The notes under the pieces are model-generated. The model saw only the letters and a program-made list of their open reading frames with translations. It made no database searches and was not told the origin of the DNA. Source: Cyanidioschyzon merolae (Eukaryota). From it: DNA of 64,000 nt. The DNA is taken from NCBI GenBank assembly GCA_000091205.1, contig AP006492.2; one strand, written 5' to 3'. This document shows, one piece after another, positions 20,135 to 31,305 of this stretch. Both the position numbers and the translations under genes were made by a program. How positions within the stretch are numbered: the first letter of the stretch is position 1; the number at the start of each line of letters is the position of its first letter.

Positions 20135-20852
20135 TTTTACATCGAAGCTGCGCCGCACCGCACCGGCATTCACGGTGCTTGTCCAAGGTACCAAGCAGTG
20201 GAGATACCGAAGTTGGTACACGTGCTCCTGAATCCAACTCGCCGGAAACCTACCAGAGTCTATGGCGTTTGCTTGCTTTCATAGAGCTTGCCCTTAGAGC
20301 AACTCGTTCTCTAAATCTATTTCAGCATGAAATGAAACGAGTCGTCTTGCTCGTGCGTACGTAGAATCGTTTGGACTGCTTTTCATTCGTATTGGGACAT
20401 GTTTAAGCAGGACGCTTGCTGAGACTGCTTCGTATCCTCTCTGGTATCTCCGGGGCTGGAGTACGCCGATTTCTCCTGTCCATCCAGCTTCTTTGTCGGC
20501 AGTCGAACGACGATGAGAGCAGCATCAAAGTTCTGTTTGCACAGCTTTCGGCGATTGCTGCGATGCATACTTCGCTTGCGATTTTGATCTTCTTTTGATA
20601 CGGTCACCGTGCGCTCTTCGCAGATGTAATATTAGTCTGTGGTTCGGTGTTCGAACATGTCAAGGAATCCACTGCCTCCGAGGGCCTCTAGGTAGTGCGT
20701 AAGCGTTTGCATCAGCGCCCAGTGCGCATTCTTGACCGGCACACAAGTCGCCTTTTGATGCCCTCTCTCCGTTGCGGCACCCGATGCCCGGCCCAGGGAT
20801 CACCGGCTTCTGCTGGGCGACTCCCTCGGCGAGTACTCCTGTCGTAGGATGC

Positions 20853-21540
20853 GGAAGCGCACACTGTTTCTTTCGATAAGAGATTTGGTGAACGCGATGT
20901 TGCCCATGATAAAACATGAATCGGAAGGGCAATCCAGGCTAGAGAATACGTCGAGGAATTTCCATGCGTCTACGCGAGCCTCGTGCAAAGTGACGAGGTA
21001 CTCTTCGCTGGAAGCGATCGCCCGGATAACTGGAGTCCGAAACCAAGACTCCTTTCCATGTAAACAGAAGAGACGGCAGCTTCTCGCAGCATATCCCGTG
21101 AGAGATGTGACGCTGCTGTGGAATCGCGTATCGGCGGTAGTCCCTAACATCACGATATGCCATTTAAGCAGAATCAATTGTTTTCGATACAACGTCAGTG
21201 AGCTTTCGGGGTGTGCTAGTGAAAAGTCGCCAAGCGACGACGTTGAAGATTCTTCGTCGTCGTTCATTTAGCGTCACGCGTGGCAGCGATCACGAGTTGC
21301 ACCGAAACAGCGAGATTAAAAACACGAAGCATGCGTGATTTGAGCCTGCTACACATGAGGAAAAGAAGAAGCGTGGAGGCTTTTGCGTCTGGACGGCATC
21401 ATGGTATCGGTTTGTTGATGAACGTTTCGTCGAGAGCGTCGCGGGTCATCGTCACTCCAGTAGCGTCATGAATTCCAGCGGGGACGCTTCGACGGAGCCG
21501 ACTCGAGGCGACGCGCCAGAATCCAGAAAACAACGTACGC
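20853..21540 (+). repeat. dispersed repeat family 2 copy
   Basis: The 5' region is homologous to 4545-4620 and, inverted, to 25900-26010. The 3' region 21330-21500 ('cgaagcatgcgtgatttgagcctgctacacatgagg...gaattccagcgg') is homologous to 33365-33520. Confidence 0.5.
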
Positions 21541-22259
21541 ATTCGTCAACGCCTACTCCTGTACTTTTTTGATCAAATCTGTATATCCATCACAACATTC
21601 TGTATGTAACCGAGCGGGAGCAGCCGTGCGAGCAGTTCGCCACTCCATTTGAATCCGAAACAGGTGTCGTGTGCTTCTATGTACGTTTGGAACGCGCATT
21701 TGTGAGGTTCTTGTGCAGAGCGCATGCGTTTCTGAGGTTTGCTCCATTCGCTCCCCAGGTGTCGGGGAGGTTCCATGCGCACCGCAGATTTGCATGCTGT
21801 CAAACGTTGGATGGAATGAAGAGTAACGTCGGCATGATTTCCGTAGGTCGTGTTTCCATACGCACTGGTCGTTCACGGCAACTGCAACTGCTAGCTTGAA
21901 AGCCTGGAGTGTAACCGAGCACACGCCTGCCCCGGTTTCGGAGCACTGCACTGCATTGCATTGCATTGCCGATTGGGGATGCGGCGCACAGCGACCCGAG
22001 CGCTTCCTCTGGTGCTCACAAGTGCGTTAGGCGTCGCTCATAGGACGGCTGTGCGTTGCGGGCCACATCGAGCGTTTCTTTTCAAAAGGTATACAGGAAA
22101 ATCGTGCCGTTTTAACGTGTCGTTGAAGCGTTAGGTTGTCAACCGCTGTATCTGCACTTTGGATTCCCTTTCATCGACTCGCGGGCAACACTGGTGGCAA
22201 CGCGCACAAGCGCCACGCTTCGGGGTCTGGATCGGCTTTCCTGTAGCTTGGACACTTTT

Positions 22260-22598
22260 ATGGCTTCGGGTTACTCTGTTCACGGCGGCGAAAGTCGCTG
22301 CTACAGCTTCTGGTTAGCATTCAAACGTTGCATGCTCGAGTCCTCGGATAAATCAGTGTGCTCGTCGTACCGTCAAGATTACGAGGAGTGTTTACATCAC
22401 CGCAAGGCTATCAAGCGGTTTAACGAGGTCGTTCGGGAGTACCAGCGTCGACAAGCTAACGGCGAAGAGCTTCCCCTGCCCGGGCAAATGCCGACTGCGC
22501 CGGTGGATGCCCATGAAACGGGCTCTGCAGGGAGTGCACCCAAAGGCTCCGATGGAAGCACTGCTCCTGAGATTCCGCCTGAGGTCATGACGCCCTAG
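22260..22598 (+). CDS. twin Cx9C (CHCH-domain) small protein, probable mitochondrial intermembrane-space or respiratory-complex subunit
   Basis: Two Cx9C motifs: 'CYSFWLAFKRC' and 'CSSYRQDYEEC'. ATG at 22260; the ORF track starts at 22194. Confidence 0.55.
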   Translation: MASGYSVHGGESRCYSFWLAFKRCMLESSDKSVCSSYRQDYEECLHHRKAIKRFNEVVREYQRRQANGEELPLPGQMPTAPVDAHETGSAGSAPKGSDGSTAPEIPPEVMTP

Positions 22599-24124
22599 CG
22601 CTGGCGGGCTAGTATGCACTCACATAGATGACAAAGGGCATCACGAGCAGGGCTGGGCGGCAAAGCGCCGGCGCTGCTGATACCATCTGCCGCTGTCGAG
22701 GGCGCAACAAGTGCGTTCTGGGCCTCGCGAGCGTGTTCTGCCGCCAGCGCTAAAGTTTTCTCAACACCTAGACCCTTGCGAACCAGTTCCGCGACTCGTT
22801 CTTTATCTCGCCTCTGCCAAGCGCGATGAAGCTCCAGTGCATCTACGTTCGCGGGACCCTCAGCGGCGAGCAACACAGGGGCGGTAATCGTACCCTGCAT
22901 CAGATCTTTGTTGGCTGGTTTCCCCATATTGCTACTTGAAATACTGTAATCCATCGCGTCGTCTACGAGCTGAAACGCCAATCCCAAATGATCTCCGTAG
23001 TGCGCAGCAGCGTGAACGATCTGAGGCTGGTTTCGACTCACGGGATTCAGGAGGGTCACCGCGCGACAGGAATTCGCAATGAGTGAAGCCGTTTTGTACC
23101 ATGTCTTGCGCATATATGCGTGGAATGTGGGCCAGTCGTCGGGGGTGTTAGGCGATCGTCCATTGCGGGCATGCTCGGGGCCCGGGTCGTTCAGTTGCAG
23201 GACTTCCCCCTGCACGAGATGCTCAATGACACGCGAGAGGAGCTCCACGACATCACAGTCCCGGAGCTGCGCGAGACAGACAGATGCTCGTGCAAGTAGA
23301 AAGTCTCCTGCCAAAACAGCCAATTGATTCCCGAACAATGCATTCACGGTGCTCGCGGATCGTCGCATATTCGACTCGTCAATCACGTCATCGTGCAACA
23401 GCGACGCCGTGTGGATCATCTCGGTAATCATCGCTAGTTGAAGCTGCGCGTGGCTTACAGTGCCCAGCGACTGGAGACATGTCGCTTGGGCCATGAGCAG
23501 TACAACAGCAGGCCGCAAACGTTTCCCGGGAAGTTCGAAAAAGTACTGCGCCGCGCGTTGCAGCACCGGGTGGTCTACGGCGACCGCCTGAAGCACCTCC
23601 GCGGCCAACCGCTGTAGGTGCTGCTCGACTAAACGAAACGGATCCATAGATGATGCAACTCCGGACACGCGGGTTTCGAGTAAAGAAGCGAGCGATGCAA
23701 GCGACCACGGTAGACCGTTGGCTTGCGTCGGCACCCGAGCTGCGTTCGCCCACCTACGCTGCCGGCTGTCGACGTTCTGAGACGCGGATCCAGAAATCGC
23801 CTCAGCTACGCGGTTCAGTGCTCGATGTTTTCGATTTTCTTCATCTTTTAGAAACGCAAGGCCACCGGCTGCGCTATCGGGGAGCGCACTTCCAGGCAAC
23901 TCTGTACCCGCAGGTGTCAGTGTCGACAAAAACGCCTGGTGCGTTTCAGCGTGCGTCGAACGCGTAGTGCATCCAGCTGGATGCCAAGCAGATACCGGTA
24001 AGCCACAAACCCTCAAGAGTCTACTTCTGTACAACGAGCGGTGGTGGTGCCCGAAGAAACGGCTCAGGCCGCACCACATACAGTGGAGTTCTCCGCGGCT
24101 ACACACCGGTGCGGTGAAAAGCAC
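22595..24124 (-). CDS. COQ1: long-chain trans-polyprenyl diphosphate synthase (COQ1/PDSS-type, ubiquinone side-chain synthesis)
   Basis: First Asp-rich motif 'LLHDDVIDESNMRRSASTVNALFGNQLAVLAGDFLLARA'. Second Asp-rich motif 'FQLVDDAMDYS'. 'GKPANKDLMQGTITAPVLLA' is typical of COQ1/solanesyl-PP synthases. Start is ambiguous: in-frame ATGs at 24124, 24079 (MTS-like 'MWCGLSRFFGHHHRSLYRSRLLR') and 23647. Confidence 0.75.
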   Translation of the reverse strand: MLFTAPVCSRGELHCMWCGLSRFFGHHHRSLYRSRLLRVCGLPVSAWHPAGCTTRSTHAETHQAFLSTLTPAGTELPGSALPDSAAGGLAFLKDEENRKHRALNRVAEAISGSASQNVDSRQRRWANAARVPTQANGLPWSLASLASLLETRVSGVASSMDPFRLVEQHLQRLAAEVLQAVAVDHPVLQRAAQYFFELPGKRLRPAVVLLMAQATCLQSLGTVSHAQLQLAMITEMIHTASLLHDDVIDESNMRRSASTVNALFGNQLAVLAGDFLLARASVCLAQLRDCDVVELLSRVIEHLVQGEVLQLNDPGPEHARNGRSPNTPDDWPTFHAYMRKTWYKTASLIANSCRAVTLLNPVSRNQPQIVHAAAHYGDHLGLAFQLVDDAMDYSISSSNMGKPANKDLMQGTITAPVLLAAEGPANVDALELHRAWQRRDKERVAELVRKGLGVEKTLALAAEHAREAQNALVAPSTAADGISSAGALPPSPARDALCHLCECILARQR

Positions 24125-24849
24125 GTCGTCGTTGCGACTGCGGGACAGGATCCCCGAGTCGTCGTTAACGATCCTCTGGGCAGGGCGGCAGCCGGCCGGC
24201 CGGCACTTGCGCTTCCGCCCTGTAGTGCGGGTGCGGGTGCGCGCTGCCTTCAGCGGCTACGCGGGATGACTCAGTGGATTTCAGCTTCGTTCGGCTCAAG
24301 AGGCGTAGGTATTTCGTTGGATTCTCTGATGGTGTTCCATAAATTTACGTGTTGCTGAGCGCCATGGAGATTGGGTTGCTATGCTCCCGTGTATAGGGCG
24401 CGTACGGGCAGAGGTGGCATGCGCCAGGCTTTCGCCGTGCTGATCGATGCGCGGGTACCCGTTTTCTTGATAGACAGAGGGCTTTCCAGTGCTGCATCAT
24501 GCATACGGTATGAGGTGGTGATCATTTTCATACCGTGTCATGCTCGATTACGTTGCTCCTTGCGATAGGCTTTCCGAACTACTCGCGCTGGTATCGTGAT
24601 GCCCGCCGCACGGTGCCATCGCATCACCTCGTGCGATGCTCGCGCGCTGCTTGCCAGGGACCTGATCAACTGGCGCAAGCTGCGTTCCCTGCGAGGCTGG
24701 CTGGTGCAACGCACGATGCTTCTTTTCTAACGGATGGTATGGAATGCGGGGACCGGTTCCTGAGAGGGAAACCAAAAACTGCGGCATGCATTCGAGTGCA
24801 TTGGGATGCGGCGCTCTGTCTAGGGTCTTCGCTGCACTTGTGTCAGATG

Positions 24850-25345
24850 GTAATGGGACACTGAACTAGCCGCCGAGTTCATGCTTTTCGGTGACAATCC
24901 GAGATTGTTTAGGTGTACAGGTATGGCGTTCGACTGATGGAAAGAGGGGCTTTGGTATTTATATGTTGTTTCGGTGATGGGACACTGAACTAGCCGCCGT
25001 GTTCATGCTTTTCGGTGACAATCCGAGATTGTTTAGGTGTACAGGTATGGCGGTCGACTGATGGAAAGAGGGGCTTTGGTATTTATATGTTGTTTCGGTG
25101 ATGGGACACTGAACTAGCCGCCGTGTTCATGCTTTTCGGTGACAATCCGAGATTGTTTAGGTGTACAGGTATGGCGGTCGACTGATGGAAAGAGGGGCTT
25201 TGGTATTTATATGTTGTTTCGGTGATGGGACACTGAACTAGCCGCCGTGTTCATGCTTTTCGGTGACAATCCGAGATTGTTTAGGTGTACAGGTATGGCG
25301 GTCGACTGATGGAAAGAGGGGCTTTGGGATTTATATGTTGTTTCG
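24850..25345. repeat. tandem satellite, 124-bp unit x ~4 copies
   Basis: The unit 'gggacactgaactagccgccgtgttcatgcttttcggtgacaatccgagattgtttaggtgtacaggtatggcggtcgactgatggaaagaggggctttggtatttatatgttgtttcggtgat' restarts at 24854, 24979, 25103 and 25227, with only a few substitutions between copies. Confidence 0.9.
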
Positions 25346-25389
25346 GGATTCTCGGTCGCGGATTTGAGACGTTTTTTTGACGCCAGGCC

Positions 25390-26010
25390 GCTGAATTTTG
25401 CTGCATTACCAGAATCGAACTGATTCGCGTCGATCTTTAATAACCACTCGTATACTATACGATTGCGTTATCCAATGCAAACGTACATGCTTCAAGTCTT
25501 CTTCTTTTGTTATGTTTCGCATGCTCGATGTGCGCGTGCTTCGAATTTTTGAAATTTCTAATTCAATTTGTGGGCGCAGCGTCTCGCACCTCTGGATTGA
25601 AGAGGTACAAAACTCGACTTTGCACCTTGAGGACTTGTTGACAAACTCACACTGAAACTTCACTGAACTTGAAAAGCCAAATAATCGATTCCGTTCGAGA
25701 GAGAGAAATCATTCGCTCTTCTTCTTGCTATCGACGAAACTGCATCCCACGGCAGCATGATCTACCAGACGGGATATGCTCCCAGAGGCTCCAGTCTCTT
25801 CTGTTTTCACAAAAGAGATCTTGGACTCGGACCGTATTCACCGCAGCAATCGCTTCTATTACAGTGTGCGTCGCTGCTTCGTACGAAGGGAGCGTCGTTG
25901 GATCGAAATTACTCGTCTGGATCTCTCGTATGGATTTTGCTTCCGATACTTGCATCATGACGGATAGCATCGCGTTCCTCGAATACCGTATCGAATGGGA
26001 CACCGTACTT
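25390..26010 (-). repeat. dispersed repeat family 2 copy in inverted orientation, directly abutting the 124-bp satellite
   Basis: The reverse complement of 25921-26010 aligns to 20880-20960. The spurious peptides 'GICSQRLQSLLFSQK' (25669+ ORF) and 'GICCEKLPSLLFTWK' (20939-21163 minus ORF) are the same sequence on opposite strands. The left boundary is uncertain. Confidence 0.4.
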
Positions 26011-26814
26011 TCCGAGTGTATCGTTCAGAGGAAGCGCGTCATTGCAAGGTGCATCACCTGGCACGGAAACGGAGGAGGGCATCGCGGGGAATTTCCTGCA
26101 CTCGTCAAGTGTGCATATCGAGCAATGAAGCAAATGTTCGCTCCTCGCAGCGTGGCGCAGAGCGGAGGTGATGTTCAGGCCATCTGGGTGCGCACCTATT
26201 CAGTGTCCAATGTAATCGCTGCGAAGTGCCCACCGAAGCTGTCTGTCAACAGGATGAAGATAGCAAACGAAACCAGGATCACAACGACCGTCTGTGCATG
26301 ACAAGCGTCGACAACAGCCAGAACATGTGAAATCGGGACTTGGACGACGCGATTAACATCCTTGGACTGCTGACAACGAAGATGAAGGATTAGGAGAGAC
26401 CGGCGCATTCAAAGCAGGACAGGGGCGAGAGCCGAAAGGATGCAGTTACAGAGGAATCCCGCAGCTGCTGATGTTCACGACGCTGGAAAGCGCCCGAACG
26501 GCTGCCGAAGACGCCTCCGTGAGCAACATGCACCCGTTCCATCCAGCTTAAAATAGATCAATATTGTATGAAAATATCTTTATCTTTCTTTTACTGGATA
26601 AAGCTGTACCTCGTGATCCATCATGCGTGCGCGGCGCACGTCGAAAGTGGCGCGACGCGCTGACGGCTGGTGCAGTTTTTGGCGGGTAGTACCCAGTGTC
26701 GCCGCGGTGTCCCGCGAGCGCCCTGGAACTGCTGCACGACAGCAGTCAAGCGCTGGTGCTTCGCCTGAGGCGCTGTTCAAGAAGTCGCATGATCGTCGCG
26801 CTGCGATTTGATTC

Positions 26815-29800
26815 ATGGCACTTGCGAGCAACACGCTTCCAACGCTTCCTATTGAGGCAGCGTTGCTGACGGTTCTGGACGTTGGTATACACGGGAAGCG
26901 CGCTGCGGTACCAGGAAAACTACTAGGTTTGCGCACGAGCGCAGACATTGAGTCGGTGGTGAGGCGCGGTGAGCTGCCTTTTCGTGAGAGATTTCTTCTG
27001 GTGACGGCTGTCAGCCGCGACGGGCGTTCTATTCGAATCAGCGACGGCAAGAATAGCATCCTGGCGACGTGTTCGGAGCGGCTCTCGCAGGAAGCGGACG
27101 TACACGGAACGGTGCCGTTTCCGGTGTCTTTGCGCGACCGATGTGTATTTATGAACGGGTGTGTTCGGCTCAGTGCGGCACGTGACCTGGAATCAACGAT
27201 TACGGAGCCCGACGCGTGGGATCTCGCAGTGCGCGAGCACGCTGCCCGCCTGTACGGGCAGTGGTTTCGAAAGACGATGCTTGCGGGTGGCGGGACCCGA
27301 CCCTGGACTGCTTTTCTGCAACAGGTCACCATTGAGAGTTTCATTCGAGTCGAAGTCGAGCTGGTCAACACACAGACGACAGCATGGGCGTTTCCGAACC
27401 GAATGATGACCGGAGATGTGGTGGATGTGAACCAAAGCTTGCGAGTCAAAAGGAAACTGACGCAGTGCCTGATCCATCTGTTGGCACCAATTGAATACCG
27501 CGATAATGTGCCGGCGTATGCAGGGAGCGCATCGGCGAAGACAGGTGTTCGCGGTGCAGATGCGCTTCACGAGTTGCCTTGCTCCGATGCGGTACCATCC
27601 AATGAAACCTCCGGTGGGTATCCTCGGAATGCGTGTCCAGTCGAGGACGCGGGCTCAACAACCGGAGCCGTCCCACAGGCGCAGCACGCGCCAATACCGC
27701 GGCCTCTGGCTCTGCGTATGCGACTTGCAGCCAAACAGCGACCTGTCGAAGGATCAGACGATCCGATGCCACAAAGTGAGGCCGCTGATTCCTGTGCACC
27801 GATCAACTCCAGCAAATGCGATGGTGATGTTAGAGCGCAAGCGCCTCCGCTGAGGAAGAACGCGAAAATTGGTCAGTCTCATGAGCCGTTGCCGGACGCT
27901 ATGGCCACAGAAAGCAGCGGAGGAACTGATCAAGGCTCAGGTGCTAGCGCAAAGCATGCGGTTCATATCGAGAATCAGATCGCGGCCATGGCTTTGCCCA
28001 AAGTCGACCTGGCCCCAACTGGTAGCACGTGGGCGAATGTCGGCGACGCAGAGAAATCGAACACCGAAGCGCCCGAAAGCACCGTGGGTGGCACTTCCGA
28101 GAACGCCTTACTTCGGGGGAAAGAGCTCCGCGTTCTCTATAACGCACTGGAAGCGATGCGCCTGCCACCGAGTTCCTTGTCTGCATTAGAAGATGAGCAT
28201 GCAAGGGGTCCAGTAACGGAAATCGGCGCGCTCGGGTTGGCGCCTGCTCCGATTTCTGGCCCCGTGTCTGAGCAATGTGCATCTACCGAGGATGATCAAA
28301 TAGCCCCTGCGGTTGGCAGCCAGCAAAGCCAGCACACTGCTCTCACACCCGGGACGCCAACGGCATGCCCAACGAACGACGCTGTTGAGAACGCACAGCG
28401 AAATTTACATAGCGATCTGGTATGTGTCACGGAGTCTGTTGAAAGCGATGCCGTGCGCCGAGGAGCGCCTCCAGGAGCAAACACCATCCCTAGTGATGGT
28501 GATGACAAAAACGATGATGCGGCTCAAGCATGTCAGGATCATTCGGACGGTCGCAAACCATCGAGTGATGATCGAATACGCTCTCAGAAACGTATGCGCA
28601 TCTCACATTTGAGCTGCGACCGCAGAAGCCCTGAAAAACCCCAGGAGAGCGAGAGCGTCTGCACAAGTACGTCCCGAGAAACATTTCAGCAAGACAATAA
28701 CATTACGAACAGCGTTAGCACTTTCGAAGCAAACCTCATGAATATGAGCCCGGTACCGCGAAAGCGTTGCAAGGCTATTGTGCCAAGCAGCGCCACACGG
28801 ACACCTTCTGATGGACCCGCTCACGCCAGTAACGAACGACAAATCTCTCCCCAAGATCGCGCAGACGAGGCAACTGTGCGCGACAGCAATGGGACTGCGG
28901 CTGTAGCAATAGCCCCTGCATTCCAAGACACCGCAAACGGAACCTTGCCGCATAGGCAGTCGCAAAGGTCGCGCCAAACCCGCAACGCCGCTGTAACAGA
29001 CGGGGAAAATACGTCAGGTTCTCTGAATGCAACAGCACTGCCGCCGAAAAATCGCCGAGGTAAGAAGCCACGGCGGCGCGCTCCTCAGCCTATTGAAGAG
29101 ACGGGTCATTCCTCACCCGGGCAGGGCACGCGCAACAGCACGTTCGTCGGCCCCAGCAAAGCGTGCGACTCGTCCCAGCAAGCTCTGCAGCGCACACAAC
29201 TGGAGTGTCAGTTAGAAACGGCTGGCAAACACTCGAACCAGCACGAGTCAGTTCCTTTTGACTGCGCTCGCGACCAGACCAGTGACTCATCGACGACGAC
29301 AATGACGACGCAGCCACCACCAACATCACCACCATCGTTTTCTAGTACGGTACCGCCAGACGCTCAGCGCATTGCCGTAGAGTCTCCGCAGCTCGCGGAT
29401 TCAGCCGCATCGCCTGCTGGGCAAGAGCACCGCGGCCGCAAAACTCGCTCGGAACGGCGCCCCTTACCGGTGCATGCGCAGGATAGAGGTGATGGCGCAT
29501 GCAGGAATGCCACGTGTCCCGCTGGAGACAGCACCATCGACGCGCACGCATCTCCATTGATGACTGGCGAGCGTGATCGCACGCACCCGGTACGTGGAAG
29601 TGCGCGCGCTGCAGACGCGACTGCATGCGCTGATGGTCCGAAAAACGCTATGCAGGCTAGTGGCGAATTGCATGAGCGCCGCGATGCCCCCAGTGTGCCT
29701 TCAGATGATCTCCAGAGCCTCGTTGCGAATGGAACACCGCGAATGGCGCTGCTAACAGCTGGTACCGTCCAATCAAAGCGGTCTGAGGAGGAACGGTCCA

Positions 29801-29961
29801 TGTCAGCAGCAGTTACGCCCGTTCGCTCAGGGCACGCGAGTCCCGACACAACTTGTGCCCAGAGTGCTCTGCCGCCGTGGGCTCGCTACCTGCGCAACCT
29901 CGGTAGATGGCGGTTTTTCAAGGGACAAAAATGGCGAAATGATCCCCGAGATCCCTCCTAG
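26815..29961 (+). CDS. hypothetical protein: ~230-aa ordered N-terminal domain followed by ~800 aa of Ser/Thr/Pro/Ala-rich low complexity
   Basis: A 1048-codon open frame is too long to be chance even at this GC. I recognise no family signature. Confidence 0.45.
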   Translation: MALASNTLPTLPIEAALLTVLDVGIHGKRAAVPGKLLGLRTSADIESVVRRGELPFRERFLLVTAVSRDGRSIRISDGKNSILATCSERLSQEADVHGTVPFPVSLRDRCVFMNGCVRLSAARDLESTITEPDAWDLAVREHAARLYGQWFRKTMLAGGGTRPWTAFLQQVTIESFIRVEVELVNTQTTAWAFPNRMMTGDVVDVNQSLRVKRKLTQCLIHLLAPIEYRDNVPAYAGSASAKTGVRGADALHELPCSDAVPSNETSGGYPRNACPVEDAGSTTGAVPQAQHAPIPRPLALRMRLAAKQRPVEGSDDPMPQSEAADSCAPINSSKCDGDVRAQAPPLRKNAKIGQSHEPLPDAMATESSGGTDQGSGASAKHAVHIENQIAAMALPKVDLAPTGSTWANVGDAEKSNTEAPESTVGGTSENALLRGKELRVLYNALEAMRLPPSSLSALEDEHARGPVTEIGALGLAPAPISGPVSEQCASTEDDQIAPAVGSQQSQHTALTPGTPTACPTNDAVENAQRNLHSDLVCVTESVESDAVRRGAPPGANTIPSDGDDKNDDAAQACQDHSDGRKPSSDDRIRSQKRMRISHLSCDRRSPEKPQESESVCTSTSRETFQQDNNITNSVSTFEANLMNMSPVPRKRCKAIVPSSATRTPSDGPAHASNERQISPQDRADEATVRDSNGTAAVAIAPAFQDTANGTLPHRQSQRSRQTRNAAVTDGENTSGSLNATALPPKNRRGKKPRRRAPQPIEETGHSSPGQGTRNSTFVGPSKACDSSQQALQRTQLECQLETAGKHSNQHESVPFDCARDQTSDSSTTTMTTQPPPTSPPSFSSTVPPDAQRIAVESPQLADSAASPAGQEHRGRKTRSERRPLPVHAQDRGDGACRNATCPAGDSTIDAHASPLMTGERDRTHPVRGSARAADATACADGPKNAMQASGELHERRDAPSVPSDDLQSLVANGTPRMALLTAGTVQSKRSEEERSMSAAVTPVRSGHASPDTTCAQSALPPWARYLRNLGRWRFFKGQKWRNDPRDPS

Positions 29962-30541
29962 CACCACGTTTCTACTGTATGTGCAGGATTTCCATGACGT
30001 CGACGCACGCAGCGCATAGCCAGGATGTGCACACGAGGCACTCGAACGTTCAGGTACTGCGGGCGTGTTAATGGCGAGCGCCGGTTACTCACTTGTTGAT
30101 CGATTGAACAAGGCAACTCTTGGCGAGCGGCGGCGGGATTAGAGTAACGCACTTTTTGGGTCCCTGGGCTGGGCAGCGCCCCGCTTGGAATGAACGCGGA
30201 ACCGCGAACTCTGTAGACAACGTTCCACCGATCCTTGCATCTGTTCTGGACTCGTGTCCAATGAAGGATGCGGCGTGGCGTAGGCAAGTTACCATGACCT
30301 AACAGGCAGCAGCGAAACGAGATATCCAGCTGCTCCGTATTCCATGCGATGAACGGAAGTGACCAATGGAGCTTGCAGAGGCATGCCCAACCGCGCTGTA
30401 TCCTGTTTCGGCACTTGTTTCCGATTGCATGTCAGGGATGCAGCTTTTTGACTGCGGTTTTTGTATGCCTTATCGCATTCAAGCAACACAACCAAGTTCC
30501 CAGCGTTCGCCGCTCGGTCACAGCTTATAAACGCTGAGCAC

Positions 30542-31123
30542 TTACGGGCTTTTTCGGGTGACGCCCGACTGTTGTGCAGGCGGCGACAAAATCGTCTGCA
30601 GTGTGCGCTCCTCGGCGGCACTCCAGCGCCAGCGCTGCCCAACGATTTGCTGCGTCAGCTGCCTTATTTGCGTCTTCGTCAACAACCGCGGACTCGCCAG
30701 TGTCTTCGAGGTAAGCGACAGCGTGCCGCGTCGCCTCAGGACGGTGACGCCTACCAGACCGCCGAGCAGGGCGCCGCCAAGCCACAAACCACGCAGCACA
30801 GGATCAGTCCAAAAGATATCACTTTCTTGGAACCAAACACTTTGGCCGTACTCCTGTGTGAGATAGTCACGAATCGTCTCCGAATCCAGACCGTCCCGAA
30901 GCAGTTTCCGTACTCGGTCGCGTAGCGCTACAGCGGTGGGAGCGTTCGAAAACTCAATATTTTGACCACTGCCGCATTCTAAGCAGCGAATTGCTCTAAA
31001 AAGCGCCTTGGCCTTTTCGTTGAGCAAAATCTCTTTTTCATCGACCTGGTCTGCGGTACCCGCGGGGTTCCGCGGGTCAGACATGGCGCTCCCCAGGGAA
31101 ACGCATGGGTGCCAGGGAAGCAA
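30542..31123 (-). CDS. CCMH: CcmH-like cytochrome c-type biogenesis protein (System I / CCM pathway thiol-reductase component)
   Basis: 'FRAIRCLECGSGQNIEFSNAPTAVALRDRVRKLLRDGLDSETIRDYLTQEYGQSVWFQE' matches the CcmH core (LRCxxCQNQSIADSNAPIAxDLRxxVxExLxEGxSxxEIxDYLVxRYGDFVLY), including the CxxC. A TM anchor follows ('LWLGGALLGGLVGVTVL') and then a C-terminal extension, as in plant CCMH. Confidence 0.65.
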   Translation of the reverse strand: MLPWHPCVSLGSAMSDPRNPAGTADQVDEKEILLNEKAKALFRAIRCLECGSGQNIEFSNAPTAVALRDRVRKLLRDGLDSETIRDYLTQEYGQSVWFQESDIFWTDPVLRGLWLGGALLGGLVGVTVLRRRGTLSLTSKTLASPRLLTKTQIRQLTQQIVGQRWRWSAAEERTLQTILSPPAQQSGVTRKSP

Positions 31124-31305
31124 CGCTGACGATGGACGGTGACGTGCGTTGCCATCACAAGCGCAGCGGTCGATCGTCGGGAACGTTTCATTCCTTGTGT
31201 TTCAGCTCCATTCGATTTCAACTTAGACGCGATGTATAGCATGAGATCGAAATCACGATGCAATGCACCGGATAGAATGTAGACGAATTATGTGCAGTAT
31301 ATATG

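Noticed and set aside
24850-25345. Possible CRISPR array (regular direct repeats)
   Set aside because: The 124-bp units are contiguous with no unique spacers, the context is eukaryotic nuclear DNA, and there are no cas-like genes. It is a satellite.
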